A stretch of 64,000 nt of DNA, from assembly GCA_964016885.1 (NCBI GenBank), contig OZ024747.1, forward strand, positions 84,754,001-84,818,000. The letters are read 5' to 3'. Source of the stretch: Eledone cirrhosa (taxonomy: Eukaryota). Below, one piece after another: positions 44,596 through 58,749 of this stretch (position 1 is its first letter; each line of letters starts with the position of its first letter). Made by a program: the position numbers and the translations under genes. The notes under the pieces are model-generated. The model saw only the letters and a list, made by a program, of their open reading frames with translations. It was not told where the DNA came from and did not search any database.

Positions 44596-45412
44596 AGAAA
44601 GTGAGGGTTTTTTTTTACAAAATGAAAAATAACCGAGGTGTTCTACACGAGTGGAAGTATAAAGAAAAAGAGATGAAATCGAAAATGCAACTGAAGTCTT
44701 ATTTTTTTAAAAAATATATATATTTATTTGGTTCCTTTACCGGTTTCGCAGTTCTTCTGCTTTTCAAAAGGTGAGTTGAGATGGAGGGTCTGTGGTTTTT
44801 CTCACATCTGGTTGGTCTCTAAATGTTACTTGTTTTATATGGAAAAAGTGGCTCGAAAGCCAGGTTTTTCGAGAAGTAATTTGATTGGTTTGTCAATAAT
44901 TATAATAAATTTCGCGCCAGTTCGCGTTACAATAGTTCTTCAAATAAGAGAGGGGGGGTTGTCACAGGTTGTTTTTTCATATATGAGTGTTTGAATTTCT
45001 TTTTACTTTGAAAAATGAGGCTCACGAAGGCTTTTTTTTGGTTGGTTAGTTTTTTTGGTTCAAAGTAAAAAGAAATTCAAACACTCATATATGAAAAAAC
45101 AACCTGTGACAACCCCCCACCCCTCTCTTATTTGAAGAACTATTGTAACGCGAACTGGCGCGAAATTTATTATAATTATTGACAAACCAATCAAATTACT
45201 TCTCGAAAAACCTGGCTTTCGAGCCACTTTTTCCATATAAAACAAGTAACATTTGGAGACCAACCAGATGTGAGAAAAACCACAGACCCTCCATCTCAAC
45301 TCACCTTTTGAAAAGCAGAAGAACTGTGAAACCGGTAAAGGAACCAAATAAATATATATATTTAAAAAAAAAATAAGACTTCAGTTGCATTTTCGATTTC
45401 ATCTCTTTTTCT
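44596..45412. mobile_element. Family C fold-back, ~350-bp arms, U3-A8 HHR in each arm (44734-44771 -, 45304-45341 +)
   Basis: arms 44663-45012 / 45059-45412; cctt-TTGAAAA-gcag-aagaa-ctgt-GAAA-ccgg-TA-aagg. Confidence 0.85.
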
Positions 45413-45479
45413 ATATATATATATATATATACATCTATATATATATATATATATATACATCTATATATATATATACATC

Positions 45480-45565
<86 letters not shown>

Positions 45566-45764
45566 CATATATATATATACATATATATATACATATATAT
45601 ATACATATATATATATGTATATATATTTACATATATATATATGTATATATATATACATATATATATATACATATATATATACATATATATATACATATAT
45701 ATATATGTATATATATATACATATATATGTATATATATATACATATATATATATGTATATATAT

Positions 45765-45908
45765 ATAAATTGAAATAAGATGAAAACGAAATTTCATTTC
45801 TCACTCTTAGTATGGCACTTACTTAAATGTAAGTATGCATGTATACGTACATACATATATGTATACAGACGTACAGTAGCACGCGCATACATATATATAT
45901 ATATATAT

Positions 45909-45951
<43 letters not shown>

Positions 45952-46400
45952 TACATATATATGCATACAGGTACACATACATATATGCACGTATCAGTTT
46001 AGCGGACGCTTATTATAACGCCGCTTTGTTCGTTTGTAAACAAACTGAACAGCCTGAATTTATGCCATACGGTGTTAAGGCAACCACGTCACCTTTTTGT
46101 TCAACACTGACACAGGAACGATGTACTAGTTTCAAGCTTGTTAGCTATCATCAGCACCGTTTACCCATCTGCCAGATAGTTGAACGTTCGAAAGTATATA
46201 CTTTCCTTATGAAAATTAACGGCTGAGCAGCCTAATTTGCATATTGAGTGAGTTAAATCGGTCAGGCATACCGAAAACGATAAATTGAAATAAAATGAAA
46301 ACGAAATTTCATTTCTCACTCTTACTATGGCACTTACTTAAATGTAAGTATGCATGTATACGTACATACATATATGTATACAGACGTACAGTAGCACGCG

Positions 46401-46405
<5 letters not shown>
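45765..46405 (-). mobile_element. 515-bp partial-tandem non-coding unit with HHR at 46117-46161 (-); retrozyme-like
   Basis: direct repeats 45765-45890 / 46280-46405; minus strand aacggtg-CTGATGA-t.agct.aaca.agct.t-GAAA-ctag-TA-catcgtt. Confidence 0.75.
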
Positions 46406-46475
<70 letters not shown>

Positions 46476-46583
46476 ACATGCATACTTACATTTATATATA
46501 TATACATATATATATATACATATATATATATATACATATATATATGTATATATATATACATATATATATGTATATATATATAC

Positions 46584-46636
<53 letters not shown>

Positions 46637-46640
<4 letters not shown>

Positions 46641-46754
46641 AACGAGTAGGATCCCAGTGGGGTCCTACTGGTTCCTATTACCCACTCTACTACCCTAAGT
46701 ATTGAGTACTTTGGTGCGTTATGGTCCACCTGGTTCCTTGCCACATTTCCTCTG

Positions 46755-46758
<4 letters not shown>
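46637..46758 (+). mobile_element. Minimal family A pLTR 3' end with short 5' hairpin
   Basis: taggaacgagtaggatccc-agt-ggggtcctactggttccta, then the same 3' end as 418-500. Confidence 0.75.
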
Positions 46759-47451
<693 letters not shown>

Positions 47452-47569
47452 ATATATATATATATATATATACATATATATATAATTAAGTTAACTTAAT
47501 TGTTTAAGCGTCAGTCATACAAAAGTGAGTTACAAACGAAACGAAATTTAATTTCGTTTCGTTATTTGT

Positions 47570-47654
<85 letters not shown>

Positions 47655-47671
47655 CATACATATATATATAC

Positions 47672-47752
<81 letters not shown>

Positions 47753-47780
47753 TATACATATATATATATATGTACATATA

Positions 47781-48957
<1,177 letters not shown>

Positions 48958-49272
48958 TTATATATATTTATACTTATATATGCGAGATTTCTTATCTAAA
49001 GACGTGTGTTGAAACAGATATTGTTTGGGAGAGTCATGCTGCCAATAAAAACATACGCACCTGTTGGTTTTCACTTCAATTTATTATAAGATTACAGTTG
49101 GTTGGTTGGTTGGTTCGATAACCAGAATGTGTGACGAAAGAACTTTGGGAATATATAAACAACCTTCCGGTTATCGAACCAACCAACCGGAAATTTATAA
49201 AAAATTGAAGTGAAAACTAACAGGTATGTGTGTTTTTATTGGGCAGCATGACCCTCCCAAAGTATAACTATC

Positions 49273-49692
<420 letters not shown>

Positions 49693-49873
49693 TATATATA
49701 TATATATATAATGTTTCAGAAGATCCCGTTAAGGGTGAAAGCAGCGATTCTGTGCTTAAACTTTAATATGTTATTTTAATATATATATATATATAAAACA
49801 ATTTTTGTCGTTGTTGTCATGATATTTTCCTCGTTGTTGCCATGGTCGTCGTCGGGATGGTTTTGATCTATAG

Positions 49874-50045
49874 CTGCTGAAGTATCTTCGGTGAAAAGTA
49901 GGATGAAGACATCAATAACCATCCAAATGGTGTTTACGGTTGGTTACATGATAATGTCACTGCTGACTTACTTCGTGAGGACTTGGAGAACTTTGCTGAT
50001 CATCATATCAATCCCGTCACTGCTGTTTGCTGTCTCCTATATCTG
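49874..50045 (+). CDS. SLC22-family exon B
   Basis: ctatag acceptor, tg|gtatgt donor; AAEVSSVKSRMKTSITIQMVFTVGYMIMSLLTYFVRTWRTLLIIISIPSLLFAVSYIW (E...R and 'WR.L' motifs); 172 nt; phases join exons A and C. Confidence 0.88.
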
Positions 50046-50087
50046 GTATGTACGTATGTATGTATGTATGTATGTATGTATGTATGT

Positions 50088-50705
50088 CAGGTCACCAGTT
50101 GGTCACCAGTTGGTGCTACTGGTAACATGTATCCCAGTACAACCTGTCCCATGGTTGGGTCGTTGGCGACTAAACTGGCAACCCCACCAAGGTTTCTTGG
50201 TGAGGAGGGTGACTTTGGACATCCTGCAGGACTAAAAACAAGACCTGTCAAAGGGCAAAGGAGCTCTTAAGAGTCAATGGCCATCCAAAATCACAGGGAG
50301 AGATGACCCCTTAGCCTTTGTCAAGGCAGAATTCTAGGAGAAGGAAAACTCTGATATAACACCTGCAACCCTGATGGTATCCAATGATGTTGACTTGTTC
50401 TTCTTTTTGGTAAATATCATCTTGGTTAAGAGAGTGGGACTGGCTTTGTGCAGTGCCTTTGCTCACTATAAAAGCTTCACGGCACAGGCATTGCTTTATA
50501 TCTGGAGATATCTCTGCACTTGTCATCACATGTACCATGGGCCCAGCACTATATGTCAATAATGGTCACAAGTGGGGTGTTTGTGCCAGAGTTTTCAAGT
50601 CGCTGGCTGGACTAAAAACTCACACTCGTTCAGCGCATCGGTAAGGGTTCTCCTACATGGATATAAAGTAGTGGCCGTACTCGAAAACGAGTTGGCAGCC
50701 ACCAT
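50088..50705 (+). mobile_element. Bipartite RTE-derived non-autonomous element in (TATG)n; related copy 51040-51313
   Basis: RTE 5'-UTR motif ctaggagaaggaaaactctg, C2H2 relic CARVFKSLAGLKTHTRSAH, 3' stem-loop ctcg-aaaa-cgag, (cat) tail. Confidence 0.75.
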
Positions 50706-51329
50706 GTATGTATGTATGTACGTACGTATGTATGTACGTATGTATGTATGTATGCGTGTATGTATGTATGTATGTATGTATGTACGTACATATGTATGTA
50801 TGTATGTTTGTTTGTATGTATGTTTGTTTATATGTGTGTTTGTTTGTATGTATGTGTGTATGTGTGTATGCGTGTTTGTTTGTATGTATGTATCTTTGTA
50901 TGTTTGTATGTATGTATGTTTGTATGTATGTATGTATGTATGTTTGTATGTGTGTATGTATGTATGTATGTTTGTATGTGTGTATGTATGTACGTATGTA
51001 TGCATGTACGTAGTATGTATGTACGTATGTATGTATATAGGGAGTGAAGGACCCTAGCCTTTGTCAGGGCATTCTTCTAGGAGAAGGAAACTGGGATAAC
51101 TCCAACATAAAACCTGCGGCTCAGTAGTTACCGATGATGTTGATCTTTTCTTCTTTTCGGGTTATAGGAGAGTGGGATTGGTTCAGTGCACAGTCTTTCC
51201 TCACTTTAAAAAAATCTTTAGGCACAGGCATTGCACGATAGAATTAATTAATAATTATTAATAATGGTATATCGTGAAATGGCCATACCCGATAACGAGG
51301 GGGCAGCCATCATGTTTGTATGTATGTAT

Positions 51330-52700
51330 CTCTTTCTCTTAATTTCGAGTATATTTTTTTGACCGGCCACCTTCCTAGTGGCAAGGTTGTGAAAGAAAAG
51401 AAATTGTCATCCCTTGAATCGCAAGAATGTTTTGCAAATTTTGAAGGTGCCAGCTATCGCAGCCATTTGTAGACTATGAATTAGGAAGCTGCGCTTTTTG
51501 TCCGCAAATCCAAGTTCAGTCATACTTTGGTCCAAGCGGGTTGGTATATAACCCGTAGCTCCAATAATGATGGGTATGAAGCTAAAGGTGTATCTTGGAT
51601 ACTGGATTTGTAAACTCCTCATCAATGGTCCGTAGATGTCCTCCTTCTCCTGTATTTTTCTGACAACATTTACATCAAGTGGGCAGCTGATCTCCACAAC
51701 AGAACACATTTTCAATGTGTGGTCCCAAACAACAATATCAGGCCGGTTGTGCTTTAATTTGGTGGCAGTTTTTATTTTCAGGTTCCACCAGTATTCCTTA
51801 GTGCCATCTGTCTCAATATATTCTTCCTCGTTTGTTGTTAATTTTGTTTTCCGAAGTGCGTTCCAGATGGTTCTAGCTATCCCATCGTGTCTCATGGGGA
51901 GGTAGTAGCGAGATGACATTCTTTCGCAGCTGGCAACAATGTGGCTTACATCCTCGATCTTTGTTTTACATAGCCTACATTTATTGTCAGCTGCTGGCCC
52001 TCCTCTTTTGTGCAGCAGATATTTGGTAGGGAGTTCTTGTTCCTGTATTGCATAGAGATATCCCTCAAGGTGTGATGTCATAAACTTGTCGGAACTCCAT
52101 GCCAGGCTTTTTGCCCTCTATGGTCTGTGTTTTACGCCTCAAGTATCCATGCACAACTTTTTCTGTAAATTGGTCAATTTTTTTTTCTTGTTTGAACACT
52201 GAATAGGATCTTCCAATTTCTCTGGGTGAGAGATTTATATCAGGCTTTATTCCATATCTCTCCTCCAGATCAGTCGCTATTCTAATGATTTATTTTTTCA
52301 TGCTCATAAACCTGGGCAAGATGGTTGCCAACCTTTTTCCTCTGTTGAAGGTGTTGCTTCAGTGTTACTATCCGGGTCTCATATGTTGTTAATATTGATT
52401 TTAGACCCCGGCCACCTTCCTTGCGTGAGAAGTATAGCCTATCCACATCACCATTGATGTTAAAGTTCCCAGTAACACTGAGAAGTTTTCGAGTTCTAAC
52501 ATCCATCTCACTTAGTTCTTGCAATGACCAGTTCAGCAGGCCAAATGTTGGCGTTAGAATTGGCACAGCATAAGTATTGTGGGCAATGTATTTGTTGTAC
52601 GCTGACAGTTCTGATGACCATATTTTCTTTACTCTTCTGAGGTATTCAGTTCTGGTTCTCTCCTTATTTATGGGTCCATCATATCTGACATTCTCATCCT
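51330..52700 (-). pseudogene. Degraded 5'-truncated R4/Dong-type element
   Basis: RLYFSRKEGGRGL, AIQEQ, CRLC..H..C, RHD, NRPD, EISCP; frameshifted. Confidence 0.85.
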
Positions 52701-52701
52701 C

Positions 52702-52732
<31 letters not shown>

Positions 52733-52889
52733 TGTATGTATGTATGTATGTATGTATGTATGTATGTATGTACGTATGTATGTATGTTTGTTTGTATGTA
52801 TGTACGTATGTATATATGTATGTTTGTATGTATGTATGTATGTACGTATGTATATATGTATGTTTGTATGTTTGTATGTATGTAAACGT

Positions 52890-53280
52890 TTCCACCAATA
52901 AGGCTTACGCTCCATCCTCAAGATACAATGGAGGCCTCATACACCAGATACTGATGTGCTGCGGTGGACCTGTCTAACAAGTATCGAGACCACGATCATA
53001 AAACAACGTCTTCAGTGTTCGTATCACATAGAACGCCTAGAGGATAGCAGACCTCCAAAACTATTCATTCGTGTAAGCTGTTGCAAGCAAAAGCCGGTCG
53101 TGCCGGCCACACAAGCGCTTTAAAGATTGCCTGAAAGATACCTTAAAGATGGTGAATATCAACCCCGAAACATTGAAAAATCTTGCAACAGACAGAACCC
53201 AGTGGCAAAAATCTGATTGCTGCCGGTTAAGGAATTTGAAAAGATGAAGTGGGCTTAAGCTGAAGAGAAGCGAGCAGTTG
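52890..53280 (+). pseudogene. Degraded RTE 3' fragment
   Basis: RLEDSRPPKL, KRFKDCLKDTLK, LATDRTQW resemble 28370-28580. Confidence 0.6.
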
Positions 53281-54639
53281 AATATATGTGGCGGGGATTA
53301 GTCCTCTCCCAGAAAGAGTTCCGATATCATGTCGCACTAGATGGCATCCCATTTGCTTTTGGGGGACCTTGACCTCTACAGAGAGGAGAGGGGGATGGAT
53401 GTCCTCAGAGCAGAGGCCGAGCTGGTTCCAAGTCGCGTAAGCCGCCTCGCGTTCCTCAATGAGAGTAGGTATCGTGTTGTGGAGAACCTTGTCTAGTTAT
53501 TACCCGACTTGCATCGAAAACATTTACCTCTCTCTCTCTCTCTCCTACTCTTTCGCTCCCTCTCTCTCTTTCTCTCCCAACCTCTCTCCCTCCCACTCTC
53601 TCTTCCTTCTCCCTTTCTCTTCCTCCACCCTATCTTATCCGCTTTATTTCAATACACACAACTTGCCATAAAGAATGTACTCCTCCCACACCGACATTGC
53701 TGGAGCAGACCAAATGGTTTACACTAATAAATCTACTGACTGTCCAAACTGATCGTCTGCACCGACATACTGACTGACTCTCCACATACTCTCCAACTAA
53801 TCATTTGATTACCGATTAATCAAAAGAACATACCGATCTTCTTACAACAACCACTTAGTCAGTTCTATTTCAATGACTACAGTCAATGTACTTCACCTCT
53901 GACACATCATTAGTGACAGAAACTAACTTTCAGGTTACGTCCCTTCCACACTCTCAAAAGTCATGCGATTTGATCGCAACTGTACTGCTGTTGTATGTAC
54001 AATTGATGAACACGGCTTGCAGCACATGGCAGAAGTCACCTACCATCATTAATTAAAAAGTATGTACTCATCCTTCCAATGCCTGCAAGACGGTCAATTG
54101 CACATTGCGTGCAGGTGCACACACGCACATACACATACCCCTAACCATTTTCCTGCTAATAAGCTATATCTGTCTGATATATTAGATCAGAGGCTTACTA
54201 TCAAAACTACTCAAGTAGAGTGTACACTGACAGAACTTCTTCTAATCTACATTCTGTAATTTATGTTAAATCCAAAGTTCGGTTATACCTTCTAAACTTT
54301 TCATTCTGTATATCAATAACGTAGTTGCTTTCACATCTAAGCAGGCATACCCTCTGGTACAGAGGATAAGATCGTTTACTCATCTACTTATCCTTCATAG
54401 GTGCGAAAGCGTGCTGCTCTCTTCAACATTAAATGGCAACAGGCCAACCTAGTTTCCTTAAACAACACAATGACACATATCAAGGAAATAGTATTGCACT
54501 ACCATCGGCTGATGCATGAACAATATTTACATAGAGCCCCCAAAAGTCTCACAATTTCTAATGCTTTCACGTAGAAGCGTCAGATATATAACATTACCAA
54601 AACTGCAGCTCAAAGACGAAGTTTCCGCTTCAGAGGAAG

Positions 54640-54775
54640 TTTAGTTTGGCTCTGATCAGTTGCTAGTAGTTCAGTTCAGTTTTGATCAGTTGCTGGTAGC
54701 TCAGTTCAGTTTTGATCAGTTGCTGATGGATTAGTTTAACCGATAGTTCCATTCGGCTCTGATCAGTTGTTGATC
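54640..54775. repeat. 30-bp tandem repeat (~3-4 copies, TGATCAGTTGCT core)
   Basis: direct reading. Confidence 0.8.
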
Positions 54776-54999
54776 ATCGACAAAATTCAACTGCATCCCA
54801 TATTGGAGTTCTCTTCGCTTATCTGGAAGAGTGCTTCAAATAAACACACACACACATCTTACATTGCATTTAAAAGAAGACTGGGTCATTGATATTATTA
54901 AAACAACTGACTAACAGACATATTGTGTCTTCTTTCTACCTTTCATAAACTGATACGACGACTTATCTAAACTCATCTAAACTATCAATAATTATAATT

Positions 55000-57192
55000 A
55001 TAATTTCTGCGATGTTTTCAAGGTCTAACATATAATACATGATTTTAGGCCAGTTTTTTGCACTGAATCCAAAAGTCATGCTCATTTTACTCAATCAGAT
55101 CAGGTTAATGAAATATTAGCACATTAAAAATATCCTAAATTCCGATTTATTTGTAAGTGAATAAAACGCAATATTGAAAATATTAGACTGATTTATTCAC
55201 AGAAGGCTTACAAAATATTTTGAATAGATAGCAAGAAGAGTATAATGAACTAAGGAAGCTACTCGTGGATGAATGGTCTCTTCGGGGACTTCCGTTTGTG
55301 CTGAGCAGACTGCGCATCCCTCTTTAGGCACCAGCAGTAGTCGGCCAGAAAGTTGACATCCCATCGGCCTTGATAGCGTTCCTCCATAACACTGATATTT
55401 TGGTGAAAGCGCTCACCATGTTCTTCACTGAAGTCTCCACAATTCTCTGGAAAATAGTCCAGATGAGACCGGAGGAAGTGCATTTTCACTGACACGCGCG
55501 CACTAAGTTGGCGGAAATTCTCCATTAACTCATCAACCACCTTCTGATACTTGGAACTTCTGTGGTTGCCAAGGAAGTTTGCAATGACTGACTTAAGGGA
55601 CAACCAGGCAGAGAGTTCAGCAGGATTCAGTGCATCATCAAAACTAGTATCCTTGATGAGTTCCCTTATTTGAGGACCATCAAATATACCTGCCTTAATT
55701 TTCTCCATGCTTTTTCGTTGAAACTTCTGATGGAGGAAAGCAAATCCTCCACCTTCGCTGTCCAATGCCTTTACAAAGTTCTTCATGAGACCGAGTTTGA
55801 TGTGGAGGGTTGGAAGCAATATCTTACTCGGTTCAACCAGAGGGTGGGACAAAACGTTGTGTGATCCAGGTTTTAATCCTTGTCTTAATGGCCACTCTTG
55901 TCTGACATAATGCTGGTCATCAGCACGGCTATCCCATAAGCACAGAAAGCATGGATACTTTGTGTAACCACCTTGAAGTCCTAGGATGAGTCCAACAACT
56001 TTAAGATCTCCACAGATCAACCATTTATGTTTCTGGTAGTTCAGAGCAGACAACAGACGTTCCATGCTTTTGTGGGATTCTTTCATTTCAACTGAGTGCC
56101 CAACAGGGATCGATGAAAACTTGTTTCCGATATTCAGAAGAACTGCTTTGAGACTTCTGTTAGATGAGTCAATGAAAAGTCTCCATTCCATAGCATCATA
56201 CTTCAGACCAAGTAATTCAATCAGGTCAGCAATACTGCTACAGTAGACCAGTGAAGATGCTTCATCAAACATGAAGAATTTTCTATATTCTCTCTTGTGG
56301 TCCCGATACCAATAGAATGTTGTTCCTGGCGCCAGTAGACGTTTCTCTCGAAGACGAGAACCCAGTAGCTGGGCAGACTCCTTCGAAAGGTTCAGGTCTC
56401 GTGTCAGGTCATTGAGTTCGGCTTGGGTCAAAGTCACCGGTTGGTCATCCTCTTCTGACCTGTATTCATCACACTTAGCTGTATCAATCATGTCACTAGA
56501 TTCGGAATCAGAACTAGATTCCATGGTGACATTTGGCTCAGGAACAGGAAGATCGGGGCCGTGGGGGACTGGCTTTATGGCAGAAGGAATATCAGGGTAT
56601 TGAACATGGTGCTTGTTCTTGCGATTGATGCCTTTTAGATTTGTCATGCAAAAGTAGCAGTCGGTAACGTGATCTTTCCCTTCCCTCCACACCATTGGGA
56701 CACCAAATGGCATACTCTTCCTTTTCTTGTTCCTCCAATCCCGTAAGATCTCTACACATGTTTTGCAGGAGATATGGGGAGCGAATAGCTTATCCTGGTC
56801 CCCTAGTTTGACTCCAAAGTAAGCGTGATATGCCTTCTTCACAAAATCCGTGATTTTTGCTTGACGGTCTGGAAGAACCACATGTCCGCAGATGTAACAG
56901 AACCTATTAGGATGGTTTTTACACTTCCGATCCATTTTTCTAGACCTGAAAAGAGAAATAAAAATAATTATTAAAGGTTACCCACGACCCGGTTTTGCAA
57001 AAGCAAAGCCCATAAACGCTTGGATTGCGATATTTTAGAAAAATATGCTGGAAAAGAAATAGACTATATCTTAGAAACCAGACCTGACCCAGAAAAATAA
57101 ACTGTATTTTTGAATTCAGCATGCAAAAAGGGTCCTAAATCATTTGGAAAAGCCTTGACCTTTTTAAAAGAGTTTTGAAACGCAGACCAGTG
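55000..57192 (-). mobile_element. Chapaev-type (CMC/Transib-related) DNA transposon
   Basis: terminus CACTGG at 57192 followed by TTA; imperfect subterminal inverted match 55006-55075 vs 57110-57186; left CACTGG missing. Confidence 0.75.
55259..56935 (-). CDS. Chapaev3-like DDE transposase, 558 aa intact
   Basis: N-terminal Cys/His cluster (FCYICG, C..C, H..CYFC), WRLFIDSS, GDLK, C.LC, LHIKLG, SEEHGERFHQ; splice-acceptor-like ttttcag just upstream of the ATG. Confidence 0.85.
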   Translation of the reverse strand: MDRKCKNHPNRFCYICGHVVLPDRQAKITDFVKKAYHAYFGVKLGDQDKLFAPHISCKTCVEILRDWRNKKRKSMPFGVPMVWREGKDHVTDCYFCMTNLKGINRKNKHHVQYPDIPSAIKPVPHGPDLPVPEPNVTMESSSDSESSDMIDTAKCDEYRSEEDDQPVTLTQAELNDLTRDLNLSKESAQLLGSRLREKRLLAPGTTFYWYRDHKREYRKFFMFDEASSLVYCSSIADLIELLGLKYDAMEWRLFIDSSNRSLKAVLLNIGNKFSSIPVGHSVEMKESHKSMERLLSALNYQKHKWLICGDLKVVGLILGLQGGYTKYPCFLCLWDSRADDQHYVRQEWPLRQGLKPGSHNVLSHPLVEPSKILLPTLHIKLGLMKNFVKALDSEGGGFAFLHQKFQRKSMEKIKAGIFDGPQIRELIKDTSFDDALNPAELSAWLSLKSVIANFLGNHRSSKYQKVVDELMENFRQLSARVSVKMHFLRSHLDYFPENCGDFSEEHGERFHQNISVMEERYQGRWDVNFLADYCWCLKRDAQSAQHKRKSPKRPFIHE

Positions 57193-57449
57193 TTATACAA
57201 CGTGCAGCGAACCTCAACGATTCAAATGTATTGCTTCTTGTCATTAAAATTACGTTCATTCCTACAACTGCAGCTCACTTCATTTCCTCCCGCTTCCAAT
57301 ATTTCTTCTCTAGTTACAAACCTACATAAGTTTTAATTAATCGACAATCAACATAAAACCCTCGCTATATAATCAATAAAATAATTATCTGTTACCATTT
57401 GATGCTGATCAATCGTCTTTGACCTTCCCAAACCACAAAACCATCTTGC

Positions 57450-58030
57450 ACTCTTGTGGCCAGTCAAAACGAACTGATTATATTTGGATCATGCATAGTA
57501 ATCTCTGCCGAAGAGAGCTATGCCGTCAGTGTTCCCTGGCGTTTGATGGAGGATTGAGGCTGATCCTGTGTCCATTTTTTTTTTTTTACCATTTGTCTGG
57601 TTTCATCCATTTTCTTGTGCGGGACGGTAACCGTTTCTTTTTATTTGCAGCTCTCGCAAAAGAGACGTTTGGTCTTGTGCTGCTGTTGCTGTTGTTGTTG
57701 TTATTGTTATTCTTATTGTTGTTGTTGTGGTGGTGGTGTTAGGGGTGTTAGATATGCTTTGCCGGCGTTGTGGAGGCTTTCACATAGGTAAATGTTGGCA
57801 AAGGTAGAATATCAATTTTGCCAGCAGTTGCTGCAAGGGATACATTTTGGTTAGTGTTGTTGCAGTCGTCGGCGATTCTGTCTGTAGTGTTGGTAATAGT
57901 GGTGGTGGTGGGAGCGGGGTGAACGTTTGAGCTGTTGTCACGTGACAGCTAACTTAATTTTGGGGAACGTATTTCGTTCATATTTTTTTGACAAAAATCT
58001 TTTTTTAAAGTTCAAATATTTGGGCTGAAG
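57450..58030 (-). pseudogene. Relic 5' end/ORF1 of another Tx1-family element
   Basis: IDILPLPTFTYVKASTT and RPNVSFARA resemble DIHFPPLP..VKAST and PLSFARVA of the ORF at 61346. Confidence 0.55.
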
Positions 58031-58457
58031 GCCATATAGAAAGCAATATATATGAAATTATCAACAGTTTTCAACAAGTTTCCACAAATAGCGAGTCAAA
58101 ACAACTTTAATGTAGCAAGAGTATTCGTTCTTCAATACTTTTAAATGTTGAGGTGGTAGAGTCTAGAAGAGTCTGAAATTCAATATATTACACTCCACCA
58201 ACCCTTGAACAGTGAACTTAAATAAAACATGATATGCGGCGGCTATACGTACGTATTTATGTATGTGTATCATTGTGTGTGTGTGTGTGCATGTATTTGT
58301 GTGTGCATATTTGTGCTTGTGCGTACATGCTTGTGTCTGGGCATGCATGTGCGTGTGCATGTATGTATCTGTGCATGCACGTATGTGTGCATGCATGTAT
58401 GTATGCTTGCATGTGTGTGTTTACATTTAAGATTTATGTTGTTTTTATATTAACAAG

Positions 58458-58673
58458 GTTTTTGGATGAGTCTCCTCGGTGGTTACTGAACAAAAAGAAA
58501 ACAAAACAAGCAAGGCGTATTCTACACAACATGGCCAAAATGAATAAAACGCATTTCCCTGAAAAGGAAGTCGTTAGAATGTCTACGGTGGATGATACGT
58601 CAAAAGTGCAAATTTGGAAGATGTTTACTATACCACAACTTTTGAAACGGACCATCATTTTGATGTTAAACTG
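58458..58673 (+). CDS. SLC22-family exon C
   Basis: aag acceptor, tg|gtaag donor; FLDESPRWLLNKKKTKQARRILHNMAKMN...LLKRTIILMLNW; ESPRWL is the SLC22/sugar-transporter signature. Confidence 0.92.
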
Positions 58674-58749
58674 GTAAGTAATCTACATTCTCTTCTTATT
58701 TCTGTGAATTTTGTAAGATATTTATTGCTTTTACTGTTTTTGAAGCTTG

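Noticed and set aside
44596-45412. Fold-backs as MITEs or miRNA precursors
   Set aside because: Arms are unequal, the axis varies between copies, and they carry HHR and pLTR homology
54640-54775. Spaced repeats as a CRISPR array (also considered for 7060-7515)
   Set aside because: Tandem units without unique spacers, no cas genes, eukaryotic context
53280-54960. Possible LTR remnant
   Set aside because: No paired LTR, PBS or gag/pol motif recognised
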